A stretch of DNA of 64,000 nt from positions 2,656,001-2,720,000 of the forward strand of contig OZ241869.1 in assembly GCA_965202805.1 (NCBI GenBank), in the 5' to 3' direction. Source of the DNA: Longimicrobiales bacterium. Its GTDB lineage: Bacteria > Gemmatimonadota > Gemmatimonadetes > Longimicrobiales > Gaopeijiaceae. The notes below the pieces were generated by a model. It did not search any database. It saw only the letters and a list, made by a program, of their open reading frames with translations, and was not told where the DNA came from. The position numbers and the translations under genes were made by a program. The first letter of the stretch is position 1. Each line of letters starts with the position of its first letter. Positions 1 to 9,400 of this stretch are shown piece by piece.

Positions 1-66
1 GGCGCGGCACCATCGCCGTTCCCACCCGCCACCACGTCGCCCCGCACCGCCATCTTCGTCGTGCGG

Positions 67-1353
67 CTAGACCGACGCCGCCACCGGCTCGCGGGCCGCG
101 CCCGCATAGGGCGACTCCAGCCGGTACTCCGGCCGCGCTTCGAGGAAGGCGGCCACCCGGCCCTCCCGGGTCACCGCCTCGGCGATGAAGTCCAGCGCCT
201 CCTGCAGGCGCTCGTCGGAAGCCGCGCAGCTGAAGCGCAGGAACCCGGCCCCGGCGTCGCCGAAGCACTCGCCGCCCAGGCAGGCGACCCCGAAGTCGTC
301 GTCCGCCCCCTCGAGCAGGTACATCGCCAGGCCGTGGCTGGTGATGCCGAGCCGGTTGCACACCGGCGCCACCTTCGGAAAAACGTAGAACGTCGCGTGC
401 GGATCCAGCGACGAGAACCCGTCGATCCGGTTGAGCCCCTCCGTCAGCAGCTCCACCTTGCGGCGGAACCGGCGCATGGCGGCCTCGCGCTCGGCGCCGT
501 CCCGCTCGAGCGCCGCCACCCCCGCCAGCTGAATGAAGGGCGGCGCGCACGACACGCTCGTGTTGATCATCTTGCCGATGGCCTCGACGGTCTCGGGCGC
601 CGACACCGCGAACCCCAGGCGCCAGCCGCCCATGCTGTACGACTTGCTGAAGGTGTAGGCGGCCACCGAGCGCTCCATCATCCCGGGCTGCGCCAGCGGC
701 GACACGTGCTTCCCCTTCCACACCATGTGGCAGTAGGGCTCATCGCTGAAGACGGCGACGCGGGTGCCCCGAACCAGCTCCGCGATGCCGCGAAAATCCT
801 CCTCCGTGGCCACGCCCCCGGTGGGATTGTGGGGCGAATTCAGGAAGATGGCCCTGGGCCGGGGATCCTCGGCGATGAATCGCTCGACCGCGGCCAGGCT
901 CGGGCGGAAGGCGTCCTCCTGGCGAAGCGGCGTGAACACCGGACGCCCCCCGCGCCTGAGGATGTTGGGCACGTAGGTCGGGAAGTACGGGCTGAAGACC
1001 AGGACCCCGTCCCCCGGATCCACGAACGCCTCGCAGAAGTACTGCTCGAAGACCTTGGTGCCGGTGGCGATGACGACGTTGTCGCGGCCCGCGGGCACAC
1101 CGAACTCGCGCTGCATGTAGCGCGCGGCCGCGTCGCGCAGCTCCGGGAGCCCCAGGGAAGCGCAGTAGCGCGTCTGGCCCGCGGCGATGGCTTCCCGCCC
1201 CGCCTCGGCCGCCGCGCTCGTGGTCGCGAACGGGCTGTCGCCGATCTCGAGCTCGACGACGTCCTTCCCCTCTGACTGAAGCCGCTTGGCGACCGCCAGC
1301 ACGGTAAAGGCGGCTTCCGCCGTCAGCGACCGCGCGAACCCGCTCAGTTCCAT
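67..1353 (-). CDS. Class I/II PLP-dependent aminotransferase (aspartate aminotransferase-like)
   Basis: NSPHNPTG, FSDEPY and TFSKSYSMGGWRLG (PLP-Lys) motifs; ATG at 1353 (alternative GTG at 1359). Confidence 0.93.
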   Translation of the reverse strand: MELSGFARSLTAEAAFTVLAVAKRLQSEGKDVVELEIGDSPFATTSAAAEAGREAIAAGQTRYCASLGLPELRDAAARYMQREFGVPAGRDNVVIATGTKVFEQYFCEAFVDPGDGVLVFSPYFPTYVPNILRRGGRPVFTPLRQEDAFRPSLAAVERFIAEDPRPRAIFLNSPHNPTGGVATEEDFRGIAELVRGTRVAVFSDEPYCHMVWKGKHVSPLAQPGMMERSVAAYTFSKSYSMGGWRLGFAVSAPETVEAIGKMINTSVSCAPPFIQLAGVAALERDGAEREAAMRRFRRKVELLTEGLNRIDGFSSLDPHATFYVFPKVAPVCNRLGITSHGLAMYLLEGADDDFGVACLGGECFGDAGAGFLRFSCAASDERLQEALDFIAEAVTREGRVAAFLEARPEYRLESPYAGAAREPVAASV

Positions 1354-1554
1354 GGCCACTCGTCAATTCTCCGTTTGTCGTTGCGTGGGCGCGAGATGGG
1401 CAGCGGCGTTATTCGCAGGACATCATGCGCAGCGCTGCCCGGACCGGAATGATAGGCGACCCTCCCCGCCGACCGGAAGGGTAGGCGCCGGTTGCGCTGG
1501 CCGCCAGACTGGACGGGATGCGTGATGCAGAATTAGAAGGTGTTGGGTGTTGGC

Positions 1555-1606
1555 CTAAATTTAGTCGCTGACCTTAATTTAGCCCGCAGCCTAATCCCAT
1601 CTAAAT
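1555..1606. promoter_or_regulatory. AT-rich operator-like boxes in a divergent intergenic region
   Basis: Palindrome CTAAATTTAG (1555-1564), CTTAATTTAG (1573-1582), CTAAT (1591), CTAAAT (1601). Confidence 0.4.
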
Positions 1607-1735
1607 CCTGGGTGACGGCCGTGCAGGCTCACCGCCCCCGGCCCGCCTTGCCCATACTCCACGCCATCTTCATCTTGCGATGCTCGCTCCGTTGTGCGAG
1701 GCGATGAACATCTGTTTGGAAGGGGGACGCGGAAG

Positions 1736-3757
1736 ATGACAGGAAAGGACCGTCAATCACGGATGCCGGCCACGCGGGGCTGGTGCTGGCTGGCCCTTAT
1801 TTCGCTCGGCGCGGGCGCGTGCGCCCAGACCTCGGATGCGGGACCGGCCGGGAGCGTGGTCACCGAGGGCGACTGGGCCTACATCGGCGGCGACGCCGGC
1901 AGCCAGCGCTACACGGAGCTCACGCAGATCAACCCCGCCAACTTCGACCAGCTCGAAGTGGACTGGATCTGGGACGGCTCCGCGTATCCTAACGTTAACG
2001 CGCGCGCGACCCCCATCTACGTCAACGGCAAGCTGATCAGCGTCGCGGGCGAGAAGCGCCACGTGATCGCCACCGATCCTGCATCCGGCAAGGTGCTCTG
2101 GGACTGGGTCGAGCCCGAGACCTTCCGCTGGGAGTACTCGATGCGGAAGAACCACGGCAAGGGCGTCGCATACGCGAACGTCGACGGCCGCGACATCGTC
2201 TACGTGGTCACGCCCGCCTTCTTCCTGCACGCGCTCGACGCCGAAACCGGCGAGCCCATCGAGGGCTTCGGCGGTTCGGTGGACATCGAGGGCTTCCCGA
2301 AGACCGGGACCGTGGATCTGCTCGCGGACCTGGGCCACGAATACGATCCGTACATGGGGGTCCCGCTGGAGAAGGGCTACATCACCAGTTCGTCCCCGGC
2401 CATCGTGGTCAACGGCGTGATCATCGTCGGAAACTCCGCCGAGCAGGGATACAACCAGTCGCGCATGGAGAACATCCCGGGCGACATCCTCGCCTATGAC
2501 GCGCGCACCGGCGAGTTCCTGTGGAAGTTCGACGTGCTGCCCGGTCCCGGCGAGTTCGGGCACGAGACCTGGGAGAACGACGCCTGGGAGTGGACCGGCG
2601 ACATCTCGTCGTGGGCGCCGCTTTCGGCCGACCCCGGGCTGGGGCTCGTCTACATCCCCACCAACGGGGCCACGCAGGACTTCTACGGCGGCTTCCGCCC
2701 CGGCGACAACCTGTTCAGCACGAGCCTCATAGCGCTCGACGTGCAGACCGGCGAGCGGGTCTGGCACTACCAGCTCGTCCATCACGACATCTGGAACTAC
2801 GACACCTCCACCGCGCCGATGCTGGTGGACGTGACCGTCGACGGGGAAGACATCCCCGCCATCGTGCAGATCACCAAGCAGTCCTTCGCCTACGCCTTCA
2901 ACCGCGCGACCGGCGAGCCCATCTGGCCCATCGAGGAGAAGCCGGTGCCGAAGTCGAAGGTGCCGGGGGAGAAGCTGGCCGAGACGCAGCCGCATCCGAC
3001 CTGGCCCCTTCCGTACGACATGCAGGGTCTGAGCGTGGACGACCTGGTCGACTTCACGCCCGAGCTGCGCCAGGCCGCGCTCGACCTGCTCGAGCCCTAC
3101 GACTGGGGTCCGTTCTTCCAGCCCCCGCTGCACCGCGACAACGACGAGGGCAAGCTGGGCTCGATCTGGTGCCCCGGCGACGTGGGCGGCACCAACATCG
3201 ACGGCACGCCCGCGGTGGATCCCGAAAGCGGAGTCATCTTCGTGACCTCACAGAAGGGATGCTCGTCGCGGCTGGTGGTGCCCGGCCACGAGGTCGACGA
3301 GAGGGTGGAGGCACCCACCGGCACGACCATCAACGACTTCGCGGTGTTGGGCGGCGCGCGCATCGGGCGCGTGCAGGGGCTGCCGATGTACAAGCCCCCG
3401 TACAGCAAGATCACCGCGATCGACATGAACACCGGCGAGCACCTCTGGTGGATCCCGGTGGGCGACACCCCCAACAACGTGCTCAATCATCCCGCGCTGG
3501 AAGGGATCGATATCCCCAACACAGGGACTGGCAGGCAGGCGGCGCAGATCGTGACCCCGGACATGCTCATGTACACGGGCAACGCGAGCGACAACACCCC
3601 CATGCTTTACGCCGTCGACAAGGCGACGGGGGAGCGGCTGGGCCAGGTCGAACTCCCCGGCAACCCGCGCTACGGCATGATGACCTACATGCACGAGGGC
3701 AAGCAGCGGGTGGTGATCCAGGCGCCGAACATGCTGATGGCGATGAGTCTGCCGTAG
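1736..3757 (+). CDS. PQQ-dependent dehydrogenase (quinoprotein glucose dehydrogenase-like), probable lipoprotein
   Basis: W..IGGD..SQRY..L.QI, WHYQLVHHDIWNYD and KPPYSKITAIDMNTGEHLW motifs; LGAGAC lipobox-like; start uncertain (1694/1736/1763). Confidence 0.9.
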   Translation: MTGKDRQSRMPATRGWCWLALISLGAGACAQTSDAGPAGSVVTEGDWAYIGGDAGSQRYTELTQINPANFDQLEVDWIWDGSAYPNVNARATPIYVNGKLISVAGEKRHVIATDPASGKVLWDWVEPETFRWEYSMRKNHGKGVAYANVDGRDIVYVVTPAFFLHALDAETGEPIEGFGGSVDIEGFPKTGTVDLLADLGHEYDPYMGVPLEKGYITSSSPAIVVNGVIIVGNSAEQGYNQSRMENIPGDILAYDARTGEFLWKFDVLPGPGEFGHETWENDAWEWTGDISSWAPLSADPGLGLVYIPTNGATQDFYGGFRPGDNLFSTSLIALDVQTGERVWHYQLVHHDIWNYDTSTAPMLVDVTVDGEDIPAIVQITKQSFAYAFNRATGEPIWPIEEKPVPKSKVPGEKLAETQPHPTWPLPYDMQGLSVDDLVDFTPELRQAALDLLEPYDWGPFFQPPLHRDNDEGKLGSIWCPGDVGGTNIDGTPAVDPESGVIFVTSQKGCSSRLVVPGHEVDERVEAPTGTTINDFAVLGGARIGRVQGLPMYKPPYSKITAIDMNTGEHLWWIPVGDTPNNVLNHPALEGIDIPNTGTGRQAAQIVTPDMLMYTGNASDNTPMLYAVDKATGERLGQVELPGNPRYGMMTYMHEGKQRVVIQAPNMLMAMSLP

Positions 3758-3792
3758 GGGGAGGATGACGCCGGATTCCGAGGAAGGGTGGC

Positions 3793-4674
3793 GTGACCTC
3801 TGAGGGGCAGTCCCTGGGCAACCGCATCCTCCAGTTCGGGGCGACCCGCATCGTTCTGGCCACGCTGGCCATCGTTGCGGCCATCTTCGTGGTCCAACTC
3901 GTGGTCGGTGGTCTGCACGAGATCCTGGGCTTTGGACCGCTGGGCCAGAACACGCTCCAGTACGTCATCCCGATGGTGGTCGCGGTCCACTTCGCGTACA
4001 TCGGCTACGTCCGCCTCGTGGAGCGGCGCCGGGCCGACGAGTTGTCCGGAAAGGGCGCTGTGCGCGAGACCGGCGCGGGAATCGCGGTGGGTGCGGGTCT
4101 GCTCGTCGCCACCATCGGCGCCATCGCGGCGCTGGGATTCTACCAGGTTACCGGGTCCAACCCTGTGAGCGCAGTGGTGCCGACGCTCGCCATGGCCGTG
4201 GCCTCCGGGTACGCGGAGGAGGTGCTGTTCCGCGGCGTGCTCTTCCGCATCATCGAGGAGAGCCTGGGCACCTGGATCGCCCTGGCGCTCACAGCGCTCA
4301 TGTTCGGCTTCGCGCACATGATGAACCCCAACGCGACGCTGTTCAGTTCGTTCACCATCGCCATGGAGGCGGGTGTGCTGCTGGGCGCCGCCTACGTTCT
4401 TACCCGGCGGCTCTGGCTCGCGGTGGGCATCCACTTCGCCTGGAACTTCACCCAGGGGGGCATCTTCGGCGTCCGGGTCTCCGGGTTCACCATGGATGGG
4501 CTGCTCGAGTCGGAGCTGAGCGGCCCCACGTTGCTGTCAGGGGGAGAGTTCGGGGTGGAGGCGTCGATCTTCGCGCTGGCGCTGGGGGTGGGAACCGGGG
4601 TCTGGTTCCTGGTCCGGGCCGGGCGCAAGGGGCACTTCATCGCGCCGTTCTGGAGGAGGGCAAGGGGCGCCTGA
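3793..4674 (+). CDS. CPBP (CAAX/Abi) family intramembrane glutamic endopeptidase
   Basis: EEVLFRG, FGFAH and HFAWN motifs; multiple TM helices. Confidence 0.92.
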   Translation: MTSEGQSLGNRILQFGATRIVLATLAIVAAIFVVQLVVGGLHEILGFGPLGQNTLQYVIPMVVAVHFAYIGYVRLVERRRADELSGKGAVRETGAGIAVGAGLLVATIGAIAALGFYQVTGSNPVSAVVPTLAMAVASGYAEEVLFRGVLFRIIEESLGTWIALALTALMFGFAHMMNPNATLFSSFTIAMEAGVLLGAAYVLTRRLWLAVGIHFAWNFTQGGIFGVRVSGFTMDGLLESELSGPTLLSGGEFGVEASIFALALGVGTGVWFLVRAGRKGHFIAPFWRRARGA

Positions 4675-4716
4675 GACCTCCGCAGGGGACTCCCAGCCGG
4701 ATACCCCCCGGACCGA

Positions 4717-5316
4717 TCAGCCGGGATTGTGGACGCCGATCACGCCGCACCCGACCCGGGCGCCCGCGCCACCGGTCGGCTGGGTCGTGAAGTCATCCGC
4801 GCCCGCGTGGACGATGACGGCGCGCCCCAGGATGCTGTGGTCCCCCTGCAGCTTGATGACGGCGTCCAGCCGGTTCATCGTGGCGTGGCCGCGTGCGTCC
4901 GCCGTGATGTTCCCCAGGTCGCCGACGTGCCGCACCGCCGCGTCCGGGCCCCCGTGGTCGCTGCCCGTGGGGTTGAAGTGGCCGCCCGCCGTCTTGCCGT
5001 CGCCACCGGAACAGTCTCCGAACTCGTGGATGTGGAACCCGTGGTCGCCTGGGGACAGGCCGATCACATCGGCCACGACGCGAACCCGGCCGCTCTCGTT
5101 CGTGAAGGTGACCGTACCGGAGACGGAGTTGCCCGTGGTGGGGTGAATCACCGCCACCGCCTGGTCGGTCCTGGGTCCAAGCAGCGTCTCGGTGCAGCCC
5201 GTCCAGGTCAGGACAACGGTCGCGAGCGCCGCGAAGCGCCCGACGATCCGAAGGAGGCGTGCGCACCGACGGTGGCTCATCGGGTCGATGTCACGACAGC
5301 GAGTCATGGCCGACAT
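4717..5316 (-). CDS. sodC: Cu/Zn superoxide dismutase (lipoprotein)
   Basis: HGFHIHE, GGHFNP, RHVGDLGN and GARVGCG motifs; RBS GGGAGGGAG before ATG 5316. Confidence 0.95.
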   Translation of the reverse strand: MSAMTRCRDIDPMSHRRCARLLRIVGRFAALATVVLTWTGCTETLLGPRTDQAVAVIHPTTGNSVSGTVTFTNESGRVRVVADVIGLSPGDHGFHIHEFGDCSGGDGKTAGGHFNPTGSDHGGPDAAVRHVGDLGNITADARGHATMNRLDAVIKLQGDHSILGRAVIVHAGADDFTTQPTGGAGARVGCGVIGVHNPG

Positions 5317-5587
5317 GTCTCCCTCCCCGTTCATGTTTGTCGGAAAACCAGACCGGTTTTGTCGCATCCTACGATGCCTCCCCACGCGCTTCAAGTTGGC
5401 GGCGCGGGCCAACTATCCTTGGTCTCCAGAGGGCAACGAGCGGAGGATATCTGCTCGCGGAACTGCCAGATTTCTTTTCCCACCAGAACCGTCAGGCCAA
5501 GCCAGACCAGACCGACGCCCACCGCAATGGGATGTCGGATCGAACTCTTGGTTTTCGCCTGCCGCGATAGCGTCAAAATCGGGCTTC

Positions 5588-6112
5588 TTACCACCCAAGG
5601 AATTGCTTCCGCTTCATGACGAAGTGCTCACGGATGAGATCGGTCGGGATCGCCGATCCATGCTTGCCCTCTCCGTTGTACACCTGACTCCAAGGAGTGT
5701 CAGGCGCATGAGTGCGATTCCGCAAACTCGCCGCTGTAAGGTGTCCGTACGCTCGCCAAGTTCCCGAAACAGCCCCGCGGGCTTGCCTGTCCGACCTTGG
5801 AATCGAACTGACCCAAGTCGATCCATCGCGGTTCAGTTCAAACGACCGGCCGGTAATCGGGTTGTTGGTGTACACCTTGAATTCGTGGAACAGGCTTGGA
5901 ATGACGGGGCCATGCTTCCAAGCCTGGATCGGCTCCGTGAAGAGCTGTAGATCGTAGAGAACCAAGGCCCACCCGTAGGCGATGTAAACAAGCTTCTGGA
6001 GCTTCATGGGAGTCACGGCTACTCCGTCCCGGTCCGCCAAGTCCAGGATGTAGTTCGCGACTTGCCCAGCGCTGTAGGGTCGCACGTGTAGCGGAGGTTC
6101 CTGGGTTGCCAT
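5588..6112 (-). CDS. Panacea (DUF4065/SocA-like) antitoxin, no adjacent toxin
   Basis: VANYIL..TPMKLQKLVY..F.EPIQAWKHGPV..L...TH...PW motifs. Confidence 0.88.
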   Translation of the reverse strand: MATQEPPLHVRPYSAGQVANYILDLADRDGVAVTPMKLQKLVYIAYGWALVLYDLQLFTEPIQAWKHGPVIPSLFHEFKVYTNNPITGRSFELNRDGSTWVSSIPRSDRQARGAVSGTWRAYGHLTAASLRNRTHAPDTPWSQVYNGEGKHGSAIPTDLIREHFVMKRKQFLGW

Positions 6113-6164
6113 AGGCGCCTTCCGAGCTGAACGGTTTCGCACGGAGGATGACGGGTGGCGGCGC

Positions 6165-6332
6165 TCAATCGTCCGCATGCAGATCGTCGAAGAGATCCTC
6201 GACGCTGTCGAACTGCGGGAGGTTGCCCCGGCGGGCTTCCTTCATCGCTTTGATCGTGGCGGCGTTGGGAACCGCGGCAGCTTCCTCCTTTACGGCCTTC
6301 TCGATGCGGGCCTGGACGCGGTGGTTTGGCAT
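6165..6332 (-). pseudogene. RelB/DinJ-family antitoxin with in-frame internal deletion, overlapping a YafQ-like toxin stub (MRTIER)
   Basis: Hand translation MPNHRVQARIEKAVKEEAAAV|PNAATIKAMKEARRGNLPQFDSVEDLFDDLHADD*; RBS AGAAGGGGAG; not in the ORF track. Confidence 0.75.
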
Positions 6333-6405
6333 GTCGAGCTCCCCTTCTGAGTTGCACTACACGGTCATGCAGGCAGGATGCCCGGTCAAGGGTAGTTCGT
6401 CCTCC

Positions 6406-9400
6406 TCACCGTTGGTTGGCGGGTGCGAGGCCGATGTGTCCCGTCAGTTGCAGACGTTGGCCGCCCGATGCGCGATCATAGGCCGTGGCGACTTCGAGCA
6501 GCCGGCCTCCCAGGCGGGCCCGGTAACCGCCGCGCACGTCCATCGTCCAGCCCGGGGGGAGGGCGTCCGGTCCCGGCGTCATGCCTGGCGCGCGGTCCTG
6601 CCAGAGCGCGAAGCCACCTCTGGTCTGGCCGCCCCAGCGGGGGGATGCGGACAGCGAGAATCCCTCCTCCTCGCGCCCACCCACCGTGAGGGTGAGGCCG
6701 GCGCCGCTCTCGTTGTAGCGGGTGGCCGAATGGAAGGCGAGCCACCGCCCCTGGACGTCGAGGCCGACGAGGCCGATCTGTGTGCGCAGTCCGCCGGCGA
6801 GTTCCACGCCGCGTCCGGTCGGGCCGTCGCCGCCGTCATGCCGCACGTGCACGGCGCCGAAGGGGGCGAGTCCCGCGCCGCCGGCCTGCAGCTCGCTTCG
6901 CACGTCGAGGCCGAGGCGGGCCTGGTGCACGCGCCCGCGCAGGTCGTCGATCGTCTCCGTCCCCTCGCCGGTCGACAGGTTGGCCCACCCCGCGTCGGCT
7001 CTCAGTCCGAACGCGACCGCGCCGCCCGCCGGTCCCAGCCGCCGCCGGAAGTCGACGAGCCCCATGGCGAGGTCCAGCGGACTCGTGCCGACGCGGCCGG
7101 TCGCAGCCCGTTCATTCCGGGCTTCCCCCGTGCCGGCGCCGAATGTCGTCCAGACCGCGGTGGCCCCTCGAGACCAGCGCAGGTACGGATGCACCGACGT
7201 CATCGAGGTGCTCAGCCGGCCACTCGCGGTCCCGGCGTTCCAGTCGCTCGCGCCCCGGCTGCGGCCCAGCGCGACGCCGAAGAGCCAGCTGGAAAGCTGC
7301 GCGTCGAGCCCCAGGTACTGGACACGCAGGTCTCCGTCGTAGTCGCCCGCGATGCCGGCCGGCCCGGACCCGGGTTCCCCGGCGCCGCCGTCGAAGCGCT
7401 GCACGTCTGCCTGACCCCACAGCGACCACGCGATTCCGGGGCGTGCCGAGTCAGCGGCCTGGCCTCCCCAGGCAAACGTGAAGTCCGTGCTGGCGATTCC
7501 GGCGGGACCGCGGATCTGGTTGAGCGGGTTTGAAACGCCCGCCGGGGCGAGGTCCGACAATGAGAGGTCCGTTCCCGGGGCGACGCCCGACAGCGAGAGT
7601 CCGGTACCCGGAGCGGGCCGTGGCGCGCCCGGGGTCGATAGTGCCGTGCCCGGCCTCACATGGGCCGAGCGCGTCCTGTGCGCGAACCGGTTTCCAATGC
7701 CCGTGGGGTCGGGCAGCCAGCCCGTAACCACCTGCTTCGCCGCGTCCCAGAAGGAGTGCCCGTCCGGGAGCCCCACGGATCTGCCTCCAACGCGCAGCCC
7801 CGACTGCCCGCCCGCGTCGGTACCCCCTCGGGCGCCGGGCGCGACGCGTCGTTCGAGCGTCATGCGTGCGCTCGCAAGCCAGGACCGCGCCATGGCGGCG
7901 AACGCGTCGTTCAGCACTGCCCGCACCGGCCGGTCGCTCACGCCGACGGTCACACGCTGGGTCGCGGCCAGTCCACCGGGGTCCGTTGCCGTGACGATGA
8001 CCGTGGCGTCCCCGTAGGCCACCGGAACCAGGACGAGCGCCGCTCCGCTCACCGCCGCGGTGACGACGTCCGCGTTGGAGGTCTCGGCACTGAAGGCCAG
8101 CGGATCACCGTCGATGTCGGTGAAGAAGGGCGTGAGTTCAACCGTCACCTCGTCTTCGCCCTCGTCCAGCAGCTGATCGGGGATCGCACCCACCGCCGCC
8201 GGCCCGTCGTTGACCGGGGTCACGGTCACCTCGACGGTCGCGGTGTCGGCGAGGCCGTCCATGTCGGCGACCACGTAGGTGAAGCGGTCGGGGCCGTGGT
8301 AGTTCGCGTCCGGGACGTAGGAAACGTTCGTTCCGTCCGCCGCGACCTCGGCTGCGCCATGCCCGGCGGGCGACACGCTCCGGACGTGCAGCCGGTCGCC
8401 GTCAAGATCCACGTCGTTGTCGAGCACCGGGATCTCGACCGCCTCGTCCTCGGCGGTGGTGGCCTGGTCGTCGGCCGCTTCGGGTGCGTCGTTCACCGGG
8501 GTCACGGTGATCTCCACCATCGCGGTGTCGGCCAGGCCGCCCGCGTCGGCGACCACGTAGGTGAAGCGGTCGGGGCCGTGGTAGTTCGCGTCCGGGAGGT
8601 AGGAGACGCTGGTTCCGTCCGCCGCGACCTCGGCCACGCCGTGCTCGGCGGGCGACACGCTCTCGACGCGCAGCCGGTCGCCGTCGAGGTCCGCGTCGTT
8701 GTCCAGCACCGGGATCTCGACCGCCTCATCCTCCCGGGTGGTGGCCTGGTCGTCGGCCGCTTCGGGCGCGTCGTTCACCGGGGTCACGGTGATCTCCACC
8801 ATCGCGGTGTCGGCCAGGCCGCCCGCGTCGGCGACCACGTACGTGAACCGGTCGGGGCCATGGTAGTTCGCGTCCGGCACGTAGGAGACGCTCGTTCCGT
8901 TCGCCGCGACTTCGGCCACGCCATGCCCGGCGGGCGACACGCTCTCGACGCGCAGCCGGTCGCCGTCGAGGTCCGTGTCGTTGTCGAGCACGGCAATCTC
9001 GACCGCTTCATCCTCCCGGGTGGTGGCCTGGTCGTCGGCGGCTTCGGGCGCGTCGTTCACCGGAACCACGGTGACCTCCACCGTCGCCGTGTCGGCCAGG
9101 CCGCCCGCGTCGGCGACCACGTACGTGAACCGGTCGGGGCCATGGTAGTTCGGGTCCGGCGCATACTGCACGGCCGTCCAGGCGCCGACAATCTGCGCCT
9201 GCCCGTGTCCGGGCACGCCGACCGAAACCACGCGAATCCGGTCTCCGCGATCCGGATCGGCATCGTTGGCCAGCACCTCGACCCTCGCCTTCCGGTCCTC
9301 GGCCACGCTCAGCGTGTCGTCCGCGGCTACGGGGTGTTCGTTGACATCGACCACCTGCACCACGACCTCCGCCTGCGCTTCGCCGCCCAGCGTGTCCGTC

